DNA from: a virus
Taxonomy: Duplodnaviria > Caudoviricetes
Virus record (IMG/VR): IMGVR_UViG_3300021958_011541
Coordinates: 16,001-80,000 of that record
Strand: one strand, 5' to 3'
Length of the DNA: 64,000 nt
This document shows, one piece after another, positions 16,898 through 26,664 of this stretch. Made by a program: the position numbers and the translations under genes. The first letter of the stretch is position 1; the number at the start of each line of letters is the position of its first letter. Under the pieces are notes generated by a model. That model made no database searches. It was given only the letters and a program-made list of their open reading frames with translations, and was not told the DNA's origin.

Positions 16898-17817
16898 TTA
16901 TTTTTTAAAAACTTTTTGTGACACAAGACGGCTTTGGGAAATTTAGTTTGCACCTCTTTTATAGCTGTCTTTCTGTCTATGGCTAGAGATAGATCTAAAA
17001 TCAAATCTATATCCATAATTTTATTATTAGTATTGTTTAGCTTAAAAAGATCTGGGCCGACTTCTTTACAGTACCTATAAATTGCAACATCATAATTCAT
17101 AATTAGTGAATTTCTTTTACGATTATTTTTTTGATCGTTAAACCAATTAGTAATATTAGAAGGGGTCTCTAGAGTTAAGTCCCAAGACTTTTGACCTATA
17201 TCATTTGCTTGAATTCTTTGTTCGGCTATCTTGTTTATTAAATATAATTTAACTGATCGAACTAAATCATGCAAGAATTTTGAGTTTTTGTAAATAGCAA
17301 CTCCGTTTATGTGATTCCATTCCGTTTGTAAACAGTAAGGGTTTAGCCCTTTGTATTTACTTCCCGCAATAAGAAAATTTTTATTACAAAAAGATAAAAT
17401 CTTATCTAGCCAGTAATCTTGCAATGCAAATACGTCTGTCTCTAAGCATAAAAAATATTTATACCTTTTTCTTTGCATTAAATTTAAAGCCCCAAAGAAT
17501 AAAGAGTTTGGTCCAGCACTTAAGCCGAGTTCGCTTTTGGCTTCTTCTTTTCCTCGGGAAAGATAAACGTCGTCTTTATTATCTATATTTAAAAAATGTA
17601 TTTTAAGTTTTGAGTAGCTATTTTTTGGTAGACATTCTGATAAGTATTTAATATCTACTGGGAAGGATTTATTAAAAACAAAATAAAAAGAAATAGCATT
17701 ATCTTTACTTGCCGTAAATTTATTAAATAATTGATTTAAGCAAGATTTTATTGCCCCAGATTTATATTCAGCATATGTTACTAAAAATATTAGAGCAAAA
17801 TCCTGTCGAAGATTCAT
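16894..17817 (-). CDS. Putative glycosyltransferase-like protein, paralog of the N-terminal domain of 20151..22673
   Basis: SAGPN...LETD...YWLD...FLIAGSKYKG...HINGVAIY. Confidence 0.65.
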   Translation of the reverse strand: MNLRQDFALIFLVTYAEYKSGAIKSCLNQLFNKFTASKDNAISFYFVFNKSFPVDIKYLSECLPKNSYSKLKIHFLNIDNKDDVYLSRGKEEAKSELGLSAGPNSLFFGALNLMQRKRYKYFLCLETDVFALQDYWLDKILSFCNKNFLIAGSKYKGLNPYCLQTEWNHINGVAIYKNSKFLHDLVRSVKLYLINKIAEQRIQANDIGQKSWDLTLETPSNITNWFNDQKNNRKRNSLIMNYDVAIYRYCKEVGPDLFKLNNTNNKIMDIDLILDLSLAIDRKTAIKEVQTKFPKAVLCHKKFLKNK

Positions 17818-19475
17818 TATTTTGGACTCTGGAAAGCGTGTTGCATGAAGTCATCATAAGCATGTTGGATTTTATTTACATATTTTGGATCTCCAGTAAA
17901 AGCTTGACACTCAAAAGTCCAAGATGTTTTATATTTAAGTTCATCATCGCTAGTGCAAAAGAATCCAATAACGCTTGAACAATCTCCTAAGTCTGACTTT
18001 TGGATTTTGTATATATTATCCTCTTCAGTATGTATAATATCCGCTCCATTGTTCTTTTTTAAATTTAATGAAAATTTTTGATCACTGTTTTCGTTAAGGT
18101 TTGAATGAATTAATAACTCGTCTTGTTTGAACTCGCAAAAAGATAAATTAAAATCTGCGGCTAGTAGAGGCTCTCGACCGTTAGATTGCCTACCTATATA
18201 CTCCATTAAATGAATTCTTATTTTGTCAGTAGGTTTAATCCCTAAATCATCTATTGAAAATTCCGCACACCCATAAGGGTGACCACCATTTTTGATAACT
18301 TTTTGTTCGCTTGTGCCAAATCCAGTAAAAAGCTTTAATATTAGATGGGAGTCTTTATGTTTTGAATCTCTATTATCTTCCCAAAAAAGTTTAGCCCTAA
18401 AGGGTTCTAGCCTAATATGAACACCTATGTCTTCATTTTGTATGGGCAATATTCCTTGTGATGCTTGAGCTTGATTGTTAACCGAAAGATCTTTATAAAT
18501 ATAATTTCTTAAATCTAAACTCATAGAAGCCGTAGATTTAAATTTATAAAAATGTTGCCTGCAAGACTGCTCATACTGCAGGAAAAGAGATTTTAAAAAT
18601 TTATTGTAAGAATTTCTTAGGCCTGGATTATTGATAAAAAACTTTTTAAAAAATGTTTCATCTTGTTGACGAAAATTTCCGTCAGACCAAACATGTTCTC
18701 CACCCCTGCAATCTTCTTGTCTCCAGACTCCAGCTTTGCTTTGTCCATCTAAGTGAATATTGTTTCTTGAGGGGTGTATACATCCACCGAAACGAGCCCA
18801 CGAAGAAAGATCTCCTTCTTCTATTTTGGATAACTCTGACTGTATGGAATCTTCTAAAAAATGCGTAACTTCTGGCCGATAAAATTCATCAATAATTGAT
18901 TGAAACTTATCTTTTTTTACGATGCAGCAATTATCCTGATTCCCAAAAGAAATTTTACAATCGTCCCAGTATGGATTGCTACAATAGTCTGGATGTTTTT
19001 GGATAGGGGTATTTCTCCACCAGGTTGGATCTAAGCTATTACTTGTATGCCTTGGAAACATTAAAATGTTAACAAAATCTGGAAAATTTCTCAACACGTT
19101 TAAAAAATCTACTCCAAACATTAGGTCAGTAAACACGGTATCGTGATTCATTAATAATACATACGGCGTTTTGATTAAACTTTCGTTCCATGCCTGCATA
19201 TAGTTCATTGTTAAGCCTATATGTTTTTTTGATCTTATTAAGCTAATATCTTTTAAATTAATATTAATTGAATTTAAATAATCCTCATAAAGTTTCTTAT
19301 TTTCTTCTTTGTTAAAATTAGATCTTGGGTTAACTCCATCTGCCGTTATTATAAACTCACAATCTTTTAGTGCAGAAGATTTAATCAAAGAATAATTAAA
19401 CTCAATCATAGAAATATCTGAACCAAATCTATGCGGGCTGGTTGCGCAGACAACTGTAAGTAGATTTTTTACCAT
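17817..19475 (-). CDS. GT-A-fold glycosyltransferase-like protein with unknown C-terminal domain
   Basis: VVCATSPH, IITADG, HIGLTMN, LLMNHD. Confidence 0.6.
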   Translation of the reverse strand: MVKNLLTVVCATSPHRFGSDISMIEFNYSLIKSSALKDCEFIITADGVNPRSNFNKEENKKLYEDYLNSININLKDISLIRSKKHIGLTMNYMQAWNESLIKTPYVLLMNHDTVFTDLMFGVDFLNVLRNFPDFVNILMFPRHTSNSLDPTWWRNTPIQKHPDYCSNPYWDDCKISFGNQDNCCIVKKDKFQSIIDEFYRPEVTHFLEDSIQSELSKIEEGDLSSWARFGGCIHPSRNNIHLDGQSKAGVWRQEDCRGGEHVWSDGNFRQQDETFFKKFFINNPGLRNSYNKFLKSLFLQYEQSCRQHFYKFKSTASMSLDLRNYIYKDLSVNNQAQASQGILPIQNEDIGVHIRLEPFRAKLFWEDNRDSKHKDSHLILKLFTGFGTSEQKVIKNGGHPYGCAEFSIDDLGIKPTDKIRIHLMEYIGRQSNGREPLLAADFNLSFCEFKQDELLIHSNLNENSDQKFSLNLKKNNGADIIHTEEDNIYKIQKSDLGDCSSVIGFFCTSDDELKYKTSWTFECQAFTGDPKYVNKIQHAYDDFMQHAFQSPK

Positions 19476-19510
19476 TTGAATATAATATAAATGAACGCCG
19501 CTATTTCAAA

Positions 19511-20188
19511 ATGGTAATTAAAGATTTTAATAAAAATAATATAATTTTTGTACATGTCCCTAAAACTGCAGGAGGTACAGTTGAAAATATAATACTAAAT
19601 GAATATTTTAAATATAAAAATCATGAAAATCATGACTTAACTGAAGAAAGAAAAGCTTTACATAGTCTTAATAAAAAATGGACTCAGCATGATACTATCA
19701 CAGAAATAATTAGTTCTAGGAAAATTTATAATCCAGAAGATTATTTTAAGTTCGCTTTTGTTAGGAACCCTTGGGATAGAGTGGTGAGTGAGTTTTTATA
19801 TGTTAAAAACCAAGGAGGTTGCGCATGTAGAGGAAATATAAGAAGAATGCCTAAGAATTTTACAGAATACATTAAGCAAAACTTTAAATGCAGTTGGAGA
19901 AACCATGTAATCCCTCAGTATAAATTTATATATAATTCAAAAAATGAAATCAAGGTTGATTTTATTGGGAGGTTTGAAAATCTTGAAGAAGATATTAAAA
20001 AAGTTTTAAGAACGTTGAATATAAACGAGCCTTACGAGCTACCGAAAGTTAATCAGTCTAGAAATTTAAAACAAAAATTAATTAAACCATACTGGTTATA
20101 TTACGATAAAGAAACAAAAGAAATTGTTGAGGATAAGTTTAAAAAAGATATTAAACTTTTTGGATATCATTTTGAATCTCCAAATTAG
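19511..20188 (+). CDS. Carbohydrate sulfotransferase (Sulfotransfer_2-like)
   Basis: FVHVPKTAGGT 5'-PSB motif, FAFVRNPWDRVVS 3'-PB motif, DFIGRFENLEED. Confidence 0.93.
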   Translation: MVIKDFNKNNIIFVHVPKTAGGTVENIILNEYFKYKNHENHDLTEERKALHSLNKKWTQHDTITEIISSRKIYNPEDYFKFAFVRNPWDRVVSEFLYVKNQGGCACRGNIRRMPKNFTEYIKQNFKCSWRNHVIPQYKFIYNSKNEIKVDFIGRFENLEEDIKKVLRTLNINEPYELPKVNQSRNLKQKLIKPYWLYYDKETKEIVEDKFKKDIKLFGYHFESPN

Positions 20189-22673
20189 TATTTTCAAAAT
20201 CTTTATACTCTATAAAATCTGAATCTATTGCGCTCAAATTTGTAGACCTTACCCAACCTAGCTGCTTGATGTCGTCAAATAATAAATATAAGATATTGCC
20301 TAAGGTAAAATTAAAATTAAAATCTTGATTAACTAAAGATTTGATTTTGTGTTTATTGTCAAAAAGAAACCTTAGTAAAGAAACTGCTTGATCTGAATTG
20401 CAGCTAAAAAAATTAGCATAATGAGAGTCCATAAAATGGAAAATTGAATCTGGCTCCCAAGCTTGAAAGGTTTTGTTATATATAAAGGGCTGAGAAAAAT
20501 AAAAAGGTTCCGAGGAATTCAATTCTGCAGCTGCAATCAAAGGATAAAAAGATTCGATTTCAAAGTTATTGAAACTGGAATCACTAAGATTTAAGACTTT
20601 TTCCTCTGAGCCTACTGTATAGTTTATAAGATTACTTGACAAATATTTTGCAAATAACTTTAATTCAGGCAGCAATAAAGAATTTAAAACAGAAGATTCT
20701 TTTTTAATTAAAGCATTAAACCCTTTACTTTCCCAAGATGACATCCAAGAATTAACAAGATCTTTTCTTGCAAAAGATTCCGAAATAAAAGTAAAAATAG
20801 TTAACTGTCTAGAGCTTAATTCAAAATCAAATAAATTACTTTTAACCGATCGGTTTTTATAAAATAAATCTATTTTAGGATCTTTAGGAATAAATGTTGC
20901 ATATAATAAGTCGTCAAAAAATACTCTACCTTTAAAATATTCTCCAAGATTAATGTTTTTATTTTTTTTATAAATATATCCTTCTAAATCTTTTTGAGAT
21001 AATGAAACTAAATGCTGCGATTTGAGTGAGTATTTACTGTTTTTTTGAAAAAAAGAAATTGGACGATCAATGCCAAATGTTTTTTTAAAAGAAGTTGTTA
21101 GAAGATCATCTGTTTGAGAGATGTCAAATAAAGAAAATTCTTCTAAAATTCTTATAGCTTCTTCGTAATGAAAAAACTCTATTTCAGAAGGTTTAACTAC
21201 ATTTGTTAAGGTTCTTATTAAAAAACTGTCTGGTAATTGATTAGAATTTAAAAAATTAATAAACGATTCTTTTGAGGACGTTGTTGGATTTAGTTTTTCG
21301 GTATACAGTGACTTTGTTTTATCAAAAGACTTTCTTAACACCGCATAGAAGTCAAGATTGTAACCAAAAAAGTTTTCTTTAATAAATAAACTTAATAAAG
21401 TTCTAAAATTATTACTATGAGTAAAAGGGTCGTTACATATTAATATCGGCCTAACAAATTCTTTTATTTCTGCATAAACTGTCCTGAATTGAGCTGGAGT
21501 TAATTCCGCAGTAGCGCTTTTAAAGCCCCTCTTAAAAGACTCGATTAGCCTGTTTGACATAAAAAAAAAGTCACATACTGTATGCTTTTTAGTTTTTGGT
21601 ATTGGTACTTTAATTTTTAAGAAATAAGGGACTGGGTAGGCATCTTGTATGTAATTGCTAGTTAAGGCTATGCTTGCTGTAATTGAATTTATTAGCCAAT
21701 TTCCTGCACCTCTCGGCTGCCTTAAAAGAAACATGCAAGACTCTGGATAGTTCTTGGAGCTAAATAAACCTTTGAATTCGTCTTCAACATATTTTCTCCT
21801 GAATTTCTGAAGATTTTGATATTTTTTTTGATGAATAATAATTGTATTAGGGTGATTATCTAGAATATTTTTTTCTGATAAATAATAGTCATTAGGATCG
21901 CTAACGTTAGTTATGAAATCCGTGTTAATAAAAGGGTTTTTATGATTAATTACGCTCTTTCCTTTATGAGTTTGTAAAAATTTATAAAGTAAAATATCAA
22001 AATTAATGCACCAGTCTGATTCATTGATAACCGTAGAATTATAATCTTTGCAAGATTTGACAAAATCTAAAAGCCGCTTGTCGTTTTTATAGATTCCTAT
22101 TCCATTTAAGTGATCTTTATAATTAAGTACGTAGTGCCACTTTTGGTGGCCTTTGTATTTACTCCCAGCAATTAAAAAATCTTTTTCATCTACATAATCA
22201 AACATATGATCAAACCAATAATCTTGGCAAGGCCTACTATCATGTTCTACCATAAAGAAGTAATCATGCTTATATCTAGAAAAAAGAATCTCTATAGCTA
22301 AATAAAAACCTAAATTTGGACCAGACGCTCCCCCTAAGGCAGGAAGAAATTCAGGCATTTTAACTTGAGTATATTCGATTTTTTCTAATTCATTAGAAAA
22401 TCTAAGGCTGTGTTGCCTGATGTAAACATCTTCTTTTTCTGGTATTTTTTCATTAATTAAATAAATTTTATTAATATTTGGATGTCCCTCATAAATTAAA
22501 AGGTCTTTATAATTTTCTTCTTCTCCTCTATTAAACATAAAAAACCAATCGAATTTATATTTAGAAGAGGGAACCTTTATTAAATAATTTTCTAAAAGCT
22601 CTTGAAGCTTGCCTTCTGCGTGTTCGAAATGAGTGCAGGGGTCAAAGATGGCGATTTTAGCAGTGTAGTCCAT
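20151..22673 (-). CDS. Multidomain glycan-modifying protein: GT-like N-terminus plus degenerate sulfotransferase-like region
   Basis: FLIAGSKYKG...HLNGIGIY shared with 16894..17817; FLLRQPRGAGNW and AVLRKSFDKTKSLY resemble sulfotransferase motifs. Confidence 0.55.
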   Translation of the reverse strand: MDYTAKIAIFDPCTHFEHAEGKLQELLENYLIKVPSSKYKFDWFFMFNRGEEENYKDLLIYEGHPNINKIYLINEKIPEKEDVYIRQHSLRFSNELEKIEYTQVKMPEFLPALGGASGPNLGFYLAIEILFSRYKHDYFFMVEHDSRPCQDYWFDHMFDYVDEKDFLIAGSKYKGHQKWHYVLNYKDHLNGIGIYKNDKRLLDFVKSCKDYNSTVINESDWCINFDILLYKFLQTHKGKSVINHKNPFINTDFITNVSDPNDYYLSEKNILDNHPNTIIIHQKKYQNLQKFRRKYVEDEFKGLFSSKNYPESCMFLLRQPRGAGNWLINSITASIALTSNYIQDAYPVPYFLKIKVPIPKTKKHTVCDFFFMSNRLIESFKRGFKSATAELTPAQFRTVYAEIKEFVRPILICNDPFTHSNNFRTLLSLFIKENFFGYNLDFYAVLRKSFDKTKSLYTEKLNPTTSSKESFINFLNSNQLPDSFLIRTLTNVVKPSEIEFFHYEEAIRILEEFSLFDISQTDDLLTTSFKKTFGIDRPISFFQKNSKYSLKSQHLVSLSQKDLEGYIYKKNKNINLGEYFKGRVFFDDLLYATFIPKDPKIDLFYKNRSVKSNLFDFELSSRQLTIFTFISESFARKDLVNSWMSSWESKGFNALIKKESSVLNSLLLPELKLFAKYLSSNLINYTVGSEEKVLNLSDSSFNNFEIESFYPLIAAAELNSSEPFYFSQPFIYNKTFQAWEPDSIFHFMDSHYANFFSCNSDQAVSLLRFLFDNKHKIKSLVNQDFNFNFTLGNILYLLFDDIKQLGWVRSTNLSAIDSDFIEYKDFENTNLEIQNDIQKV

Positions 22674-22687
22674 GATTATAATATACT

Positions 22688-23008
22688 TTATTCGTGCTTT
22701 TTAAAAGAATTGATTGAAGAAATTAAAAAATTTAAATTTTCATAACAAATTCTATCTACATTTATATTACAAGAAGTTGTTCCTATTGTAAAACCATGTT
22801 CTTTTTCATGGTTTAAAATTAAATCATCAACAAAATCAAAAGCTCCATAGTTTTTTAACCAATCTCTATAAAAAGTTCTAGTACCTGATTCACACTTTAA
22901 TAAAACAATATCAAATGCAAAACACTTTGCATACAAAGTTAAATCTCTAAAACAATAAACTTTACTAGGTGGAGCAGATAAACTTGAATCTATAATTAAC
23001 TGACTCAA
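22688..23008 (-). CDS. Hypothetical protein
   Basis: 106-aa ORF in operon context. Confidence 0.7.
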   Translation of the reverse strand: MSQLIIDSSLSAPPSKVYCFRDLTLYAKCFAFDIVLLKCESGTRTFYRDWLKNYGAFDFVDDLILNHEKEHGFTIGTTSCNINVDRICYENLNFLISSINSFKKHE

Positions 23009-23016
23009 GCCTAGAA

Positions 23017-23448
23017 TTAATTTTCGTATGTTTTATCTATATTAAAATCTAGGTTCTCTGAAATCTCTAATTGAGTTAAAGGTTTAAACCAAAGAGATAT
23101 ATTATAATCTTTCTTTCTTAAACTTCCAAGGTCAGACTGGAAGAAATTAATATTGGACTCTGATATAGAGATTGATCTATACTCAGGTTGCTCGAAGGCT
23201 ATATAGTCAGAAAGTCTTTCAAGCATATTCCATATTAAATATCTACTATCTTGATTTGGATTGTCTGTATCAACTTTATCAACTTCATATTTAAAGTCGC
23301 AAGCAGGAATAAATATTCCAGATTCATTTGCTCCTAGAGTTAGCGTTTCTCCAGAATTAAGAAACTGGGCTGGGTGGTGTTCATCACTTGTTAAAGCAGA
23401 TCCCGACCAACCAGGAAACAACTCGGCTACATCATATATACTTGGCAT
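23017..23448 (-). CDS. Hypothetical protein, apparent paralog of 4527..4910
   Basis: See 4527..4910. Confidence 0.75.
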   Translation of the reverse strand: MPSIYDVAELFPGWSGSALTSDEHHPAQFLNSGETLTLGANESGIFIPACDFKYEVDKVDTDNPNQDSRYLIWNMLERLSDYIAFEQPEYRSISISESNINFFQSDLGSLRKKDYNISLWFKPLTQLEISENLDFNIDKTYEN

Positions 23449-23450
23449 AA

Positions 23451-24152
23451 TTAATCATCTTTCTTTTGTTGGGCTTTTTTCCATGATTTTGGATCTGGTC
23501 GATCTTTATCTCCAGGCTTTGCGGCTTTATATTTTTTGCCCATTCTTTTTTTCTTGTCTCTGATATTATCCCATAATCCTCGTTTTGCTTCTGACTCTTC
23601 GCTTTTTTCTTCTTTTTTGTTGGAATATTTTTTGTCGGCATCTTTTTTATTAGGAGTTTTTTTGTCTTTGCTTTGATTTTTTAGAATTTTTTTCTGTACT
23701 GCAGGTGGTAATTTTTTTTGTTGTTCTGTAAGCTCTCCTTCTGATTCATCTAGAAATGCGAGGACTTCTTCATCTGTCATATCTGAACCTTTGGTGATCT
23801 TATTGACACTTTTTCCTGACCACATTCTGCAACTCCAGTATCTAGCTTTCCATTTTGGGCCAGGGTTGCTGCAGTTGTGGCGAGCTCTAAAAGATTTTTT
23901 TCTTTCGGGGTTGTCTCGCTTTATAGACATATTCGGGTCTCCAAAATTTACTTTAACTACATTGCCTTTATCGTTTTTAACATAAACAGAAAATTTCTTT
24001 GGTCCTCCAGAGGTTCTAAAAGGTTTATTTAATGCTTTACCTTTATTTTTTTCTTCTGCCCATGCTTCAAAACTGACTTCTGTTTCTAGGCCTTCAGTTT
24101 CGCATGCGTAGCACTCCATATATTTTATTTCTTCTGAAAAGTCTAATTCCAT
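23451..24152 (-). CDS. Basic virus-type hypothetical protein
   Basis: KVNFGDPNM...SFRARHNC...ARYWSCRMW block and GLWDNIR tail, recalled from large-phage hypotheticals; GTGTATAAT 9 nt upstream. Confidence 0.75.
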   Translation of the reverse strand: MELDFSEEIKYMECYACETEGLETEVSFEAWAEEKNKGKALNKPFRTSGGPKKFSVYVKNDKGNVVKVNFGDPNMSIKRDNPERKKSFRARHNCSNPGPKWKARYWSCRMWSGKSVNKITKGSDMTDEEVLAFLDESEGELTEQQKKLPPAVQKKILKNQSKDKKTPNKKDADKKYSNKKEEKSEESEAKRGLWDNIRDKKKRMGKKYKAAKPGDKDRPDPKSWKKAQQKKDD

Positions 24153-24186
24153 AAACTATTATACACGAAAAAAAGAATGTTTGTGC

Positions 24187-24213
24187 AAAAAAAAAGCCGC
24201 CCGAAGGCGGCTT
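24187..24213 (-). terminator. Intrinsic terminator
   Basis: AAGCCGCC-TTCG-GGCGGCTT hairpin (24213-24194) running into a T-tract on the minus strand. Confidence 0.9.
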
Positions 24214-24235
24214 AAAAAGTAATTATTAAATTTAA

Positions 24236-24478
24236 TTACTTGCTTTTGCAGCAGTTTTTGTTGAGTAGACCAACAATAAGTAGTAAAGTTACTAAACCTG
24301 CCAGACTTGCTCCTGGACCGACAAAGCCGCTAACAATGCTTTGTAGGTTGCCAATGACATTCATACCTGCAGCTTCACCGAAAACTACTTGAGCTACGAT
24401 AAGTAAGCCTACGATTGATACGAGTAATCCGAAAAGACCAGTAATTGCGGTCTTGAGTGTGTTAATGATATTATCCAT
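24236..24478 (-). CDS. Small membrane protein with two hydrophobic segments
   Basis: 80 aa, Gly/Leu/Val-rich. Confidence 0.8.
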   Translation of the reverse strand: MDNIINTLKTAITGLFGLLVSIVGLLIVAQVVFGEAAGMNVIGNLQSIVSGFVGPGASLAGLVTLLLIVGLLNKNCCKSK

Positions 24479-24497
24479 GATATTATTATTGTTTTGA

Positions 24498-25148
24498 TTA
24501 GAAATTTACATTAAGAGCGATTCCAAATACATTATCTTCAGCAGAAAGATCTGAATCTACGTAGTCGTAGGTTAACTCAATATCTGCTGAGTCAGAAATG
24601 CTTACAGATGTACCTGCGCTAAGTACGTAATATGTTTCATCTGTGGATTCTGTAATATCTGTATAACCATATAAAGCTCCAAAGCTTAATGTTAGATCTT
24701 TTAAAGTTACATCGTGAGAAACTGACCCTTCAAAAGTATAAAGGTCATCATCAGTATCTCTAGCAACATAAAGACCAGGATTAAGTGCAGAGTTGATGCC
24801 AACTTCTGCGGCAACATCTAGATCTGCATCCCCATTAAGCGTTTCAAAATGCTCAAGTCCAACATAAACATTGAGAAGTTCTCCTAGCTGTGTTCCTGCA
24901 CCGCCTTTAATAAGATATGTGTCTTCTTCAGCTCCAGTTGGCTGGTTAGAGAAAACAGATCCGCTTAACCGTAGCCCAGACACATCCGCTGAATAACCTA
25001 CAGACGCTTGAAGAGCTTCTGCTGAAACAAGAGCTCCTCTTCGCACATAGTCCGAGGAATAACCCAAGGAAAGTGCTCCTGCGCCAAGCAGGGATACGTT
25101 AGAAATCAAGGCCAAAAAGGCCGTAAGAATAGTTGTTTTTGTTTTCAT
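24498..25148 (-). CDS. Outer-membrane beta-barrel, TorF/Gcw_chp-like putative porin
   Basis: Signal peptide, SSDYVRRG near the N-terminus, alternating beta-strands, terminal Phe (ALNVNF). Confidence 0.75.
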   Translation of the reverse strand: MKTKTTILTAFLALISNVSLLGAGALSLGYSSDYVRRGALVSAEALQASVGYSADVSGLRLSGSVFSNQPTGAEEDTYLIKGGAGTQLGELLNVYVGLEHFETLNGDADLDVAAEVGINSALNPGLYVARDTDDDLYTFEGSVSHDVTLKDLTLSFGALYGYTDITESTDETYYVLSAGTSVSISDSADIELTYDYVDSDLSAEDNVFGIALNVNF

Positions 25149-25183
25149 AATAAAAATAAAGTAATATGTTATACTTTAAAAAA

Positions 25184-25600
25184 TTAATTTCTATTTTTTA
25201 TATAACTTTTTATAACTTTTATAATTTCTTCATCTATGGGTTCTATAGTATGAAGATGTTCTATTAAAAATGTTCCTTGTTCTGTATGCTCCTCATCTAA
25301 AACTACTTCTGGAATTGAATCAAGTTCTACAACAAACAAATGAAAATCTTTATTGTATTGTTCGTTTATAGTTCTTAAAATAGTCTTATTAAACTTAAAA
25401 AGTTCTATAGGTAAATCAATTTCAGATTCTTCATATAGTTCTCGTTTGGCTGCTTGAGCTGGAGTTTCTCCTTGTTCAATAGCACCTGCAAATGGAGACC
25501 AAAAACCTCCGTACGGCAATCTCTGACCTTCAAAAAACTCAGCCCGCTTACATAACAAGACTAAATCTCCAGAAATTAAAACTACCCCCGCAGCAGACAT
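25184..25600 (-). CDS. NUDIX hydrolase
   Basis: GAIEQGETPAQAAKRELYEES Nudix box. Confidence 0.92.
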   Translation of the reverse strand: MSAAGVVLISGDLVLLCKRAEFFEGQRLPYGGFWSPFAGAIEQGETPAQAAKRELYEESEIDLPIELFKFNKTILRTINEQYNKDFHLFVVELDSIPEVVLDEEHTEQGTFLIEHLHTIEPIDEEIIKVIKSYIKNRN

Positions 25601-26613
25601 TAGAAATCGTCTTCTAGAGAACCGCTTTGTTGGTACTCTCTGACTCTTCTTTCAAAAAAGTTGCCCATAGCTTGTACATCAACAACTTCTCCTAGCCATG
25701 GAAATGGATTATTATCACTTGGGAACCTATAATCTAAACCAATTGCTTCAAGCCTTCGATTGCCAATGTAATGCATGTAATCTACAAACATATCAGCGTT
25801 TAAACCTAAGATTCCAGTCGGTAATACATCATGTGCATATTTAATCTCTAACTCAACAGCTTTTTTAATGTGTTCTACGAATTCTTCTTGAATAGCTTTA
25901 GTCCATATAGAAGGGTTCTGCTCAATTAAAGTATTAATCAAGTAAGTTCCGAAAGCAATATGAGAACTTTCATCTCTCAAGGTATATTTGATTTGATCTG
26001 AAATGCCTTGAAGTTTATTTTGTCTACCCAAAGCAAGCAGCATAGCAAAACCACTAAAGAAAAACGTTCCCTCGCAAACAATCCAATAAGTTAAAAAGTT
26101 TCTTAAAATTTCTTGTTTGCCTTCTTTAGAATGAGGGTTAAAGTCTTGTCTACTGATATCATTCGTAATCTCCATCAAGAAATCATCTTTAGCTTTAATA
26201 CTAGGGATAGTTTCATAAGCGGCAAACACTTCATCTATATCTAAATCTAGACTGTCGCAGATATATACAATAGTTAAATTGTGAAGACTCTCTTCAAATG
26301 CTTGGCGCAAGATATACTGACGGCACTCAGCGTCTGTAATATACTTAAAGGCGCTAAGCAAAAGATTATTACCAACCAAAGACTCAGATCCAGCGAAAAA
26401 CCCAAGACAGCGTTTAACAAGTAATTTTTCATCATCTGTAATTTCATTGTTTTTCCATTGTTTGATATCGTTTTGCATAGAAATTTCTGTTGGCATCCAA
26501 TTGTTTGCACAACTTTTTAGAAATAAGTCCCATGCATATTTGTGTTTGTGGGGGAGTATGCGGTTTACTCCTGCGATATTTTTAGTTAAAAGTTCTCCTG
26601 TTTTGTCATTCAT
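25600..26613 (-). CDS. nrdB: Ribonucleotide reductase small subunit, class Ic (R2c)-type signature
   Basis: E77, E108, H111, EGTFFFSGF, DESSH; Ile115 at the radical-Tyr position. Confidence 0.95.
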   Translation of the reverse strand: MNDKTGELLTKNIAGVNRILPHKHKYAWDLFLKSCANNWMPTEISMQNDIKQWKNNEITDDEKLLVKRCLGFFAGSESLVGNNLLLSAFKYITDAECRQYILRQAFEESLHNLTIVYICDSLDLDIDEVFAAYETIPSIKAKDDFLMEITNDISRQDFNPHSKEGKQEILRNFLTYWIVCEGTFFFSGFAMLLALGRQNKLQGISDQIKYTLRDESSHIAFGTYLINTLIEQNPSIWTKAIQEEFVEHIKKAVELEIKYAHDVLPTGILGLNADMFVDYMHYIGNRRLEAIGLDYRFPSDNNPFPWLGEVVDVQAMGNFFERRVREYQQSGSLEDDF

Positions 26614-26664
26614 ATCTATATATAACGATCATAACATAAATAAGGACCAAAAACAAGAAAAAAA

